Below, piece by piece: positions 49,519 through 57,706 of a stretch of DNA of 64,000 nucleotides. Every line of letters starts with the position of its first letter. The first letter of the stretch is position 1. The notes under the pieces were generated by a model. That model saw nothing but the letters and a program-made list of their open reading frames with translations, did no database searches and was not told the origin of the DNA. Origin of the DNA: an uncultured Clostridia bacterium (GTDB lineage Bacteria > Bacillota > Clostridia > Christensenellales > UBA1242); contig CALWOW010000013.1 in assembly GCA_944383295.1 (NCBI GenBank), positions 1,043 to 65,042 of the forward strand, in the 5' to 3' direction. The translations under genes were made by a program, and so were the position numbers.

Positions 49519-49887
49519 TTACTTTTTTGTCTTACTATTAAATATTAAACCAAAAACATAACCAGCTAAAATAGCGGCAGCAATGCCACCAGCGGTTGCT
49601 GTAAGCCCACCAGTAAACACGCCTAAAACCCCTAATGTATTACCAGCATCTATCGCTCCACGAGCTAAACTAGCGCCAAAACCAATAATGGGCACAGAGA
49701 TACCCGCCCCCGCAAATTGTTTTATCGGTTCAAAAATTCCTATTGCTTCCATAAATACGCCCAACAGTAAAAAAGAAACCAAAATTCTCGCACTGGTAAT
49801 TTTAGTTGTAATGATTAGTAATTGACCTATCATACACACAAGACCGCCAATAGCAAATACTTTTAAATACATAATAGGGTCAAACAT
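49519..49887 (-). CDS. spoVAE: stage V sporulation protein AE (SpoVAEB-type)
   Basis: Small 4-TM protein with AGAGISVPIIGFGASLARG. Start set at the ATG at 49887 behind GGAGG. Overlaps the spoVAD stop. Confidence 0.85.
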   Translation of the reverse strand: MFDPIMYLKVFAIGGLVCMIGQLLIITTKITSARILVSFLLLGVFMEAIGIFEPIKQFAGAGISVPIIGFGASLARGAIDAGNTLGVLGVFTGGLTATAGGIAAAILAGYVFGLIFNSKTKK

Positions 49888-50902
49888 CTTTTTTACCTCC
49901 ATAACAAAATTCAACTGCATGAGCTATGCCTGGAATACTATTACCTTGTTGGCTGGATACAGTACTCATAAGAGCACCTGTTGCAATAAATAAAACATTT
50001 TTTAACTCGCCTGTTCTTAATCTGTCATAAACATAGCTATTTAAAATGCTTGCGCCACAACCACAGCCACTACCACCCATAAATGTTTTTTGCGTGCTTG
50101 TAAACATCATTTGTCCACAATCGCTATAATTATTTCCTATTTTATATCCGTTATATTCCATCAAATCCATTAATATTTCGCTACCAAGTTTACCTAAATC
50201 ACCTGTGAGTATTAGGTCATAATCTTCGGGTTTTTTACCTGTATCATCTAAATGCGCTTTGAGTGTTGACATTGCGGCAGGTGCCATTGCGGCTCCCATA
50301 TTATTTACATCATTAACCGCCCAATCAACAACTTTACCTATTGTAGCACTAACTATTGAAATGGGACTTTCTCCGCATCCTAAAATAGAACAACCTGTTC
50401 CCGTTACAGTCCATTGCGACGAGGGCGGACGTTGTGTACCTAACTCTAATGGATACCTAAACTGCTTTTCAGCACTACTAAAATGGCTTCCAGTTGCGCA
50501 AGCTACATATTTCGCGAAACCACCATCAACATACACTGAACCCATAATAAGAGATTCTGCCATTGTGCTACAAGCGCCAAATAAACCTATGTAAGGTACT
50601 TGCAATGTCCTTGCCGCAAAGCTACTGCTTGTTATTTGGTTCATCAAATCACCAGCAAAAAGAATATCAATGTCATTTTTTGTAATTTTTGCATCTTGAA
50701 TTGCTTCAGTTATTGCAAACTGCATCATTTTGCTTTCTGCTTTTTCATAACTATCTTCTCCGAATAAATCATCTCCTAGTACTTTATGAAAATACTTGCC
50801 AAAGTTTCCTTTACCCTCTTTTGGCCCAACAATAGAACAACTACCTAAAACTCTAGGTTTATTAGTAAATACAATCGTTTGTTCACCTAATCTATTTAAC
50901 AT
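49880..50902 (-). CDS. spoVAD: stage V sporulation protein AD
   Basis: Thiolase-like fold, 340 aa, with typical SpoVAD N-terminus GEQTIVFTNKPRVLGSCSIVGPKEGKG. Confidence 0.93.
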   Translation of the reverse strand: MLNRLGEQTIVFTNKPRVLGSCSIVGPKEGKGNFGKYFHKVLGDDLFGEDSYEKAESKMMQFAITEAIQDAKITKNDIDILFAGDLMNQITSSSFAARTLQVPYIGLFGACSTMAESLIMGSVYVDGGFAKYVACATGSHFSSAEKQFRYPLELGTQRPPSSQWTVTGTGCSILGCGESPISIVSATIGKVVDWAVNDVNNMGAAMAPAAMSTLKAHLDDTGKKPEDYDLILTGDLGKLGSEILMDLMEYNGYKIGNNYSDCGQMMFTSTQKTFMGGSGCGCGASILNSYVYDRLRTGELKNVLFIATGALMSTVSSQQGNSIPGIAHAVEFCYGGKKDV

Positions 50903-50912
50903 TTACAACCTC

Positions 50913-51359
50913 TTAAATAAACAAATATATTAATCCTACTATAATCGAGGCAACTGTACCCGAAACAATTACAGGTCCGGCAATAATAAACATTTTTGCC
51001 ATAAGACCAAAAACTAATCCTTCACGCTTAAACTCGAGGGCGGGACTTGCTATTGAATTACTAAAACCTGTAATCGGTACTATACTACCAGCACCTGCGT
51101 ATGCACCAATTCTATCATAAACACCTATGCCAGTTAAAAATGATGCTAGTATAATTAAAATTATCAAAGACCAATTTGTTGCATCTAAAGTGCTCATATA
51201 AGGAAAAAAATATAAAAACAAATCCTTAATTAATTCCCCTAAACAACAAATCAATCCACCTGTCCAAAATGCGTGGAAAAGCGTTGGCCACGGTTTAGTT
51301 TTGGGCATTTTCGCCTCTATGTAAGCATTATATCTTTCATTTCTTTCTTGTTCGTTCAT
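50913..51359 (-). CDS. spoVAC: stage V sporulation protein AC
   Basis: AFWTGGLICCLGELI and GAGSIVPITGFSNSI motifs. Start set at the ATG at 51359 behind GGAGG. Confidence 0.9.
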   Translation of the reverse strand: MNEQERNERYNAYIEAKMPKTKPWPTLFHAFWTGGLICCLGELIKDLFLYFFPYMSTLDATNWSLIILIILASFLTGIGVYDRIGAYAGAGSIVPITGFSNSIASPALEFKREGLVFGLMAKMFIIAGPVIVSGTVASIIVGLIYLFI

Positions 51360-51487
51360 ATTGTCCTCCGTTAAGCTCAATTTTAGACAAAAATTAAAAA
51401 AACAAACCAAAATTTTAAATTTCTATAAATATTTTACGAGAAAACAAACAAACTAATCTTGAAAATTTAATTTCGAGGTGAAAATTT

Positions 51488-53389
51488 ATGAAAAAAATAC
51501 TAACTCTTTCTCTTACTTTTGCTCTTGCTTCTGCTTTTGTAGGCATAAGTGACAGCATACAGACAAATCAAACAAACGCTTTGCGTGATGAAATTGACAA
51601 AATACACGTTATGGCAAGCACTATTGAAACTGCCGAAAGTGAATTAAAAATCAATGACGATTACAATTTAAGTAAAACTGATTATCGAATACTTCCACGC
51701 AATATAGATACTTATCGTGATGGAGTAAACAATAGCAACACAAATACTTCTAATTCTAATAATGTTCGTACTGATATAACTAAAAATGGAACACAAAAAA
51801 CAGTAGATACTAATAACGCGAACACAAATACCACAAACAATCTTAATAATAATTTAAACAACGCAAATACAAACTTAAACAATGTAACTAATAATACTGC
51901 TACAAATAGTAATTTGCCTAATCAAAATATTGCAAACAATGGCACAACTACTACTAACAATGCAAACAACACAGCAAACAACAACTTAAATAAAACAGTT
52001 TTAAATAATGCTAATCAAAATATAAATAATGCAAACACAAACGGAACTAACAATCTTTCTTATAATACTCAAGGGACTTCTCCTTACGGTATTGGAAATG
52101 CAAATTCTGGTGTTCTTCCAAATCAAGGTAATGGAAACAAAACTGTTGAAAATGGCATTGTAAACAAAAACAATAATTTAGACAGTATGGTACGCACAAA
52201 TAACATAGACACTTACAAAAACAACAGTAACACAAATATTGATGGCAATGTATATAACAACAATGGCGGAATGATGAACAATGGCGTAAATAACGCTAAC
52301 GGTATTAATAACTTAAACAATACAAACGGTTTAAATAATGCTAATAATACAATAAACAACGGAAATTCTAGTACAGTATTGACTACACCGACACAGAACA
52401 ATGGAACAAATAATGCCACAACCCAAAATTCTGTAAAAACAACAAACCCACAAAATACCACTAATAACTCAAATAATGTAGCATCAACCACTGACACAAC
52501 CAACAAGTCAAGTACTTCAAACACAACTAAATCAAGCAGTACAACTAATGCAACAAAGAATTCTAACAATACAAATAATACTGCTCAAACAATGAACTTG
52601 ACTGCGAATTTTGATGTAAATTCACTACAACAAGAAATTGCTGACTTAAATGACCGTATAGCACAACAAAATGACGAAATGTCTCAAAATATGGAACTAG
52701 CAAGAGCGAATATGACAAAATTGTTAGACAATACCGTAAAATTAGATGAAAACCAAATGAAATTAATAAACGGCTATTCTTATGTTTTACAATGTATGAC
52801 AAAGAAACTAGCACACAATCATTTTGATTTAATGCACAGTGCCGGAAGATTAGCATTAATTCAAAGCAACGAAGGTAATGACGCAAATGTTAGTCCTGTT
52901 TATTTAGAAATCAAAGGTACTTTGTTGAGTCGTGAAATTTATTTTGATTGCGCAAACGATGCTTTAATGGCTATAAACAGTATTTTTGAAAATATTGATT
53001 CTAGTGCAGTTGAGAATGAAACAACAAGTCAAAATCAAGATTTAACTGAAAAAGAAACAGTTAATGAAACAAAATCAAGCAAATCCATTGAAAACACACC
53101 AGCAATAATCAAAAATGAAACAAATTCTACTAACGAAATAAAGACTATGGAAAGCAAAACAACAACTCCAACAACACAGTTTAACGCTAGAAAGCCAATG
53201 AGCACAAACAATTCCACTAGTACAATTAAAATGACAGCTCCTTCTACTAATTTTGTAGAAAAAAAGAGCGAGTCAGCGCCTAAAGCAAATATGACCGCTC
53301 CTACTACTGAGTTAACAAAAAAGGTTGGTTTTGATACAAACAAATCAAATCAAAATACTGATGCAGTATTTGGACAAGGTCAATACTAA
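51488..53389 (+). CDS. secreted Asn/Thr-rich low-complexity protein with a central helical domain, function unknown
   Basis: Signal peptide MKKILTLSLTFALASAFVG. About 350 aa of N/T/S-rich sequence. An ordinary-composition segment (LTANFDVNSLQQEIADLNDRIAQQ...FDCANDALMAINSIFENI). SD GAGGTG. Terminator downstream. Confidence 0.6.
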   Translation: MKKILTLSLTFALASAFVGISDSIQTNQTNALRDEIDKIHVMASTIETAESELKINDDYNLSKTDYRILPRNIDTYRDGVNNSNTNTSNSNNVRTDITKNGTQKTVDTNNANTNTTNNLNNNLNNANTNLNNVTNNTATNSNLPNQNIANNGTTTTNNANNTANNNLNKTVLNNANQNINNANTNGTNNLSYNTQGTSPYGIGNANSGVLPNQGNGNKTVENGIVNKNNNLDSMVRTNNIDTYKNNSNTNIDGNVYNNNGGMMNNGVNNANGINNLNNTNGLNNANNTINNGNSSTVLTTPTQNNGTNNATTQNSVKTTNPQNTTNNSNNVASTTDTTNKSSTSNTTKSSSTTNATKNSNNTNNTAQTMNLTANFDVNSLQQEIADLNDRIAQQNDEMSQNMELARANMTKLLDNTVKLDENQMKLINGYSYVLQCMTKKLAHNHFDLMHSAGRLALIQSNEGNDANVSPVYLEIKGTLLSREIYFDCANDALMAINSIFENIDSSAVENETTSQNQDLTEKETVNETKSSKSIENTPAIIKNETNSTNEIKTMESKTTTPTTQFNARKPMSTNNSTSTIKMTAPSTNFVEKKSESAPKANMTAPTTELTKKVGFDTNKSNQNTDAVFGQGQY

Positions 53390-53392
53390 AAT

Positions 53393-53423
53393 AAAAAGCA
53401 CTCTGTAAAAAGAGTGTTTTTTA
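53393..53423 (+). terminator. rho-independent terminator after the N-rich gene
   Basis: CACTCT-N6-AGAGTG hairpin followed by a T6 run. Confidence 0.75.
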
Positions 53424-53563
53424 GTATCAAATTAATAACTATGGATAAAACATTTTTTAAGGTGTGTTGTAGCGCATTCTATCTAGATATCAATAAAAAG
53501 ATTTAACTTTATAATTAAACTACGCTATTTCTAGTTTAACAATATAATTCTTCATAACAAAAC

Positions 53564-53592
53564 AAAAAGTATGCTAAATTGCATACTTTTTA
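53564..53592 (-). terminator. rho-independent terminator after the dac gene
   Basis: AGTATGC-N6-GCATACT hairpin with flanking A/T runs, immediately after the dac stop (53594). Confidence 0.7.
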
Positions 53593-53593
53593 T

Positions 53594-54763
53594 TTACTTT
53601 TTTAAAGCCCAATTTTGTAGTATTTCATCGAAATTATCTTTGAATGTCTTTGCTTCTACATCTTGCATAGCAACGATATTTAATTCCTTAACTACAACAT
53701 TATCCTCTGTAATTATAATCTTACCAACAACCTCGCCTTTCTTTAATGGCGCTTTTAAGTCGTCAGGTGTTTCATAGTTTAAAACTAAATTAGGTTTTTC
53801 TCCCTTTTTACTTAAAGCATAGTAATCTTCATTAGCACACACTTGAATTTTATCTTTTGCTTGTGAGATGTTTATATCAATATCTAATGCTTTTTCACTA
53901 TCGATTATTTTTTCTGAAGTATAATTAGCAAATCCCCAATCAAATAAAGAACTGCACGCACCAAATCTATCTTTACTACTTTCTGCGCCGAGCACAACCG
54001 CTATCAAACGCATATTACCACGCTTTGCAGTAGCACTCATACAAAAACCTGCTTCGTTCGTAGAGCCTGTTTTACCCGCATCGCAACCGTTGTAAGTCCT
54101 TAAAAGTTTATTTGTGTTTGCCATTTGTGTAATTCTTCCTGAAGGGTGCTCAAAATCTTCCATCCAAATTTTACTGATATCAAAATAATGTTTATGTTTT
54201 AAAACTTCTTTCATAATAAGCGCAATATCATTTGCACAAGAATAAGCATTTGCGCAAGGAAGTCCTGTTGCATTACCATAATTTGTATCATTTGCCCCTA
54301 GTGCTTTTGCTCTTTCATTCATCATAGTTACAAAACCTTGTTCACTTCCACCAATCGCTTCGGCAATTACTACACTTGCATCATTTGCTGAACTAATAAT
54401 TATAGCGTGAAGTAAATTTTCAACTTTATATTCGGCATTTGGGTCTATAAATACCTGTGAGCCACCCATTCCCGCCGCATTTTCACTTGCTGTTAAATTT
54501 TGGTCTAAACTTAAAACTCCATTTTCAATCGCTTCGAAAGCAAGTAAAAGTGTCATAAGTTTAGTTACACTTGCTATTGGCAAATGTTGTTTTGAATTTT
54601 TTTCAGTTAAAATTTCTCCAGTGCCGTATTCCATCAAAACTTGCGCTTTTGCGGTGTTGTCATCAACGTCTGCTTTTACATAGCCAAAAGCATTTGCGCT
54701 AGGCGTTATTAAAATTAATAATAGCGCACATAAAACTATTGAAAATAATTTTTTATTCCACAT
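53594..54763 (-). CDS. D-alanyl-D-alanine carboxypeptidase (S11, DacF/DacB-like sporulation PBP)
   Basis: Signal peptide, SxxK (ASVTKLMT), SGN-like SSAND, KTGS. 389 aa. SD AAGGAG. Confidence 0.9.
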   Translation of the reverse strand: MWNKKLFSIVLCALLLILITPSANAFGYVKADVDDNTAKAQVLMEYGTGEILTEKNSKQHLPIASVTKLMTLLLAFEAIENGVLSLDQNLTASENAAGMGGSQVFIDPNAEYKVENLLHAIIISSANDASVVIAEAIGGSEQGFVTMMNERAKALGANDTNYGNATGLPCANAYSCANDIALIMKEVLKHKHYFDISKIWMEDFEHPSGRITQMANTNKLLRTYNGCDAGKTGSTNEAGFCMSATAKRGNMRLIAVVLGAESSKDRFGACSSLFDWGFANYTSEKIIDSEKALDIDINISQAKDKIQVCANEDYYALSKKGEKPNLVLNYETPDDLKAPLKKGEVVGKIIITEDNVVVKELNIVAMQDVEAKTFKDNFDEILQNWALKK

Positions 54764-54842
54764 ATTTTACTCCTTATTTTTACTAGATTTATTTTTTGCA
54801 AAAAAGTTGAAAATATGTAAAACAATAAAATAAAAAAAGTGT

Positions 54843-55484
54843 TTAAACACCTACAATGATAGCCGAAGTAAGCCACGGCAATAGTAATGCTTCTAGCAAG
54901 ATTGCGACTAAACAAACTGAACAAATAATTATTAATGTGCCTCTGTAATTACAAAAGAAATCACGACTAATAATACAACCACCATAATCTTTTGTTGCAA
55001 AATTGTATGACATACAAATAACACTCCAACTAACTAACATTAATAAAATAGTTAAATGACAAGGGATAACGATAAAGATAACATTTAAAATACCACCTAC
55101 ATTGAATAAAACAATTAATAATGAAGCAGTTGCGCCAACTACAAACCCACGATAAACTAGAAAAATACAATTTACTATACACAAAAAGGGTTTGCAATTT
55201 GATAAAAAGATAATTCCTAACATTGCTAAAATGCTAAAAAATCTTGAAAAGAATGCTCCAAAAATAGATACATTCCCTTCTATATATTTTAATAATATGG
55301 AATCAGGAATTTTTGAAACAGTAGCGTCAGGTGCTATCGTAAATCCTGTAATCAAACCTATAATAATTCCAAATATACAAAAAACGGCAAGCAAAATATA
55401 CCACCATTTTAGGCGCGAAAAATGCTCCGCTAGTTCAATTCTTGCCGTGGATAAATTTCTATAAAATGAATTATTTTTTGGCAT
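54843..55484 (-). CDS. spoIIM: stage II sporulation protein M
   Basis: 213-aa polytopic membrane protein. By-eye similarity to B. subtilis SpoIIM blocks (YRGFVVGATASLLI; VIPCHLTILLML; LLEALLLPWL). Confidence 0.7.
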   Translation of the reverse strand: MPKNNSFYRNLSTARIELAEHFSRLKWWYILLAVFCIFGIIIGLITGFTIAPDATVSKIPDSILLKYIEGNVSIFGAFFSRFFSILAMLGIIFLSNCKPFLCIVNCIFLVYRGFVVGATASLLIVLFNVGGILNVIFIVIPCHLTILLMLVSWSVICMSYNFATKDYGGCIISRDFFCNYRGTLIIICSVCLVAILLEALLLPWLTSAIIVGV

Positions 55485-55489
55485 ACTAA

Positions 55490-55518
55490 TATGTATGACT
55501 AAAATTTAGTTTTTATGA
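55490..55518 (-). promoter_or_regulatory. sigma-E type promoter candidate for spoIIM: TCATAAA-14-CATACATA
   Basis: The -35 (55518-55512) fits ZHATAXX 7/7. The -10 (55497-55490) fits CATACAHT 7/8. The -10 ends 5 nt before the ATG, and no SD is present. Confidence 0.4.
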
Positions 55519-55560
55519 TTATTTTATAAATATATTTTTGTACAAAAATACTTCAAAAGT

Positions 55561-56343
55561 CTATCTGGAATTTTCTACTGCAAGTTTTTTGACATTTTGC
55601 TCCCTATTATAGTTGTACAATTTATTTGCTACAAAATATATAAATTCCTTTGCTGTTGGGCAATGAATAAATTCATCTAAAGATACAATACTATGAGGTT
55701 TGCTAGCAACTTTATCTTTCTTTTTCCAAGCAGAATCAATCGCAACTTTCATACATCTAGCGACACTCGCTGGGGTTGTTTTGTAGTTAAATGCAACCTG
55801 TTCGTATAATGAATTACTAAAAATACTAGGCTTACAGTTGTTTAACATGATTTCATTGATGCATTCTTTTATAAAATTTGTACCGTTAGTACTTGCATTT
55901 AATCCTAAATCTACTAACGTGCTATAAATTTGCTCATTAAAATTTGTCCTAACATTTTGCAAAATTTGCATTTTTTGTTTGTTTTCTATCAATTTAAAGG
56001 TTATTTCCTTTAAATACTTTTCAAAATTCTCCGTTTTTACATAAAAATAATTGTTAGGAAGGTTTAGTCCAAAATCTGGATTGATTGCACCTATAATTAG
56101 AACGAAAGGAATATTAAAAGGTGAACCTTCCTTAAAAATTTGCAAAAATTTTGAATTTACTCTATAGTCTTTAAGACTTAAAATAAGTAATTCTGGTCTA
56201 TACGATAAGATTTTACTAAGTAGTTTTTCAAAATCTATTTCATATTCTATATTTATATTATTATGTAAGCAAATGCTTTTTAATTCCCCATCAAAATTTG
56301 CGCTATCTTCTACAAAAAATATGCCATTAAATCTATTTTCCAT
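55561..56343 (-). CDS. spo0A: sporulation master regulator Spo0A orthologue with divergent receiver domain
   Basis: C-terminal Spo0A_C signature (LYEQVAFNYKTTPASVARCMKVAIDSAW; CPTAKEFIYFVANKL). Located directly downstream of spoIVB, as in B. subtilis. Confidence 0.85.
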   Translation of the reverse strand: MENRFNGIFFVEDSANFDGELKSICLHNNINIEYEIDFEKLLSKILSYRPELLILSLKDYRVNSKFLQIFKEGSPFNIPFVLIIGAINPDFGLNLPNNYFYVKTENFEKYLKEITFKLIENKQKMQILQNVRTNFNEQIYSTLVDLGLNASTNGTNFIKECINEIMLNNCKPSIFSNSLYEQVAFNYKTTPASVARCMKVAIDSAWKKKDKVASKPHSIVSLDEFIHCPTAKEFIYFVANKLYNYNREQNVKKLAVENSR

Positions 56344-56389
56344 TGCCAGAACTCCTTTTTGATACCATTATTCTAACAAAAGAAATAAA

Positions 56390-56460
56390 TTTTGTAAACT
56401 GATTTTTGTAAATTTTTGTAAATATTTTAATATTTTTGAATATTTTTGATTTTTTATTAC
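56390..56460. repeat. phased T-tracts / degenerate 10-bp tandem repeats upstream of spo0A
   Basis: T4-T6 tracts start at 56390, 56403, 56413, 56425, 56433, 56443 and 56450. Units: ATTTTTGTAA x2, TATTTTTGA x2. Confidence 0.6.
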
Positions 56461-56471
56461 AAAAGTATTTT

Positions 56472-57635
56472 TTATTGTTGTATCATACTATCTATATAAA
56501 CCCCAAATCCTTTTGTCGCATCATTTACAAATACATGGGTAACTGCACCTATCAATTTCCCATCTTGCACAATAGGGCTACCACTCATTCCCTGCACAAT
56601 TCCGCCTGTTGCTTGAATTAGTCTTTCATCTGTTACTTTGAAAACTAAGTTTTTAGGACTTTGCGAAGATTTGTAATTTGTTTTTATTATTTCAATATCA
56701 TAAGCACGAACCGTTTGCCCATCTAAACTACTATAAATTTGAGCTTTACCTGGATGAGCTACAAGTCTGCCACCTACTTCTATTAATTGCTTATTTTTAA
56801 ATAATTTATTTTCCAAATTTAGTTTTCCATACATTCCATACTCGCAATTTTTATCGACGTTCCCAACTTCTTGAGTAGAGCGCACAAAGACGCCTCTTAA
56901 CTCTCCTGGATTCCCCCTAGTTGCTTTTTTTACCCCCAACACACAACACTGATGAACATTGCCAGAGCCAACTTCAAGAATTGAACCAGTGTTTTGTTCT
57001 AAAATAGGATGACCTAGCGCGCCAAAACGACCAGTTTCTGGGTCTATAAATGTTAAAGTACCTATACCGCTCATACTATCCTTTGCCCAAATACCCAATT
57101 TGTATTTTTTTGTTAAAACATCGTATGCTGGCTTAAGTTTTGTCTCTATACTGTTACCCTTTCGCACTATTTTTGCTGTAACTTCTCCGCCTGCAGTATC
57201 TTTTACATTTAATAATTCTGTAATTTTGCTAACAGAGTTAATTTCTGTACCGTTTATACTTTTTATTATATCTCCTGTACAAATTTTATCATCTGCATAT
57301 TCGCTTTTTGCTACAACCAAAACGCCATTACCTTCATAAGAAAAGCCTAGTGTTTCACCACCTAAATAAACCTGGTCACCTACACTCACAGCATTTACAG
57401 AATGGATTTTTACCGTATCGAATAACAAAAAATCCACCGTTTCATTATCTTGATTGTATCGTGTTGTAACTAATCCCCCAAAATTGCTAATAGATTTGCT
57501 ATCTTGCGTACTTTCATTTACTACCACATCTTCCGATATGCTAAAAATTTCATCAAAAGGAACACACCAACAAACTATTGCAAATGAGATACTTAAAAAT
57601 AACGATACAAAGAAAAAAATTTTATCAAATCTCAT
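56472..57635 (-). CDS. spoIVB: SpoIVB peptidase (S55)
   Basis: N-terminal TM, PDZ domain, catalytic serine in GGIVQGMSGSPIV. Start set at the ATG at 57635, 8 nt after AAGGAG. Confidence 0.9.
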   Translation of the reverse strand: MRFDKIFFFVSLFLSISFAIVCWCVPFDEIFSISEDVVVNESTQDSKSISNFGGLVTTRYNQDNETVDFLLFDTVKIHSVNAVSVGDQVYLGGETLGFSYEGNGVLVVAKSEYADDKICTGDIIKSINGTEINSVSKITELLNVKDTAGGEVTAKIVRKGNSIETKLKPAYDVLTKKYKLGIWAKDSMSGIGTLTFIDPETGRFGALGHPILEQNTGSILEVGSGNVHQCCVLGVKKATRGNPGELRGVFVRSTQEVGNVDKNCEYGMYGKLNLENKLFKNKQLIEVGGRLVAHPGKAQIYSSLDGQTVRAYDIEIIKTNYKSSQSPKNLVFKVTDERLIQATGGIVQGMSGSPIVQDGKLIGAVTHVFVNDATKGFGVYIDSMIQQ

Positions 57636-57706
57636 TTTCAACACTCCTTCGTGCTAGTTTTTGAAATGATAAAATTTTTATTCTAAAATAGTAACGGTAA
57701 AAATTG

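Noticed and set aside
51700-52600. Highly repetitive AAC/AAT/ACA DNA, considered as a possible CRISPR array or tandem-repeat locus.
   Set aside because: There is no fixed-length direct repeat/spacer periodicity. It is in-frame low-complexity coding sequence (Asn/Thr codons) within one long ORF that has a signal peptide, an SD and a terminator.
52047-53343. Four minus-strand ORFs (62-118 aa) inside the N-rich gene, considered as possible remnants of spoIIAA/spoIIAB/sigF.
   Set aside because: The translations are V/F/L-rich reverse-complement artefacts of the AAC/AAT/ACA-rich plus strand. I see no anti-sigma, anti-anti-sigma or sigma-70 region motifs.
53515-53539. 8-bp inverted repeat TTAAACTA-N9-TAGTTTAA and the ATCTAGAT palindrome (53481-53488) in the dac/N-rich intergenic region.
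   Set aside because: These are short, AT-only repeats with no U-tract and no association with a recognisable promoter. They are indistinguishable from chance in this composition.
56344-56471. Search for Spo0A boxes (TGTCGAA) and a sigma-H promoter upstream of spo0A.
   Set aside because: No 0A-box match was found. A GAAT-containing -10-like element (TAGAATAA) lacks an AGGA-type -35 at the right distance. Only the phased T-tracts are reported.
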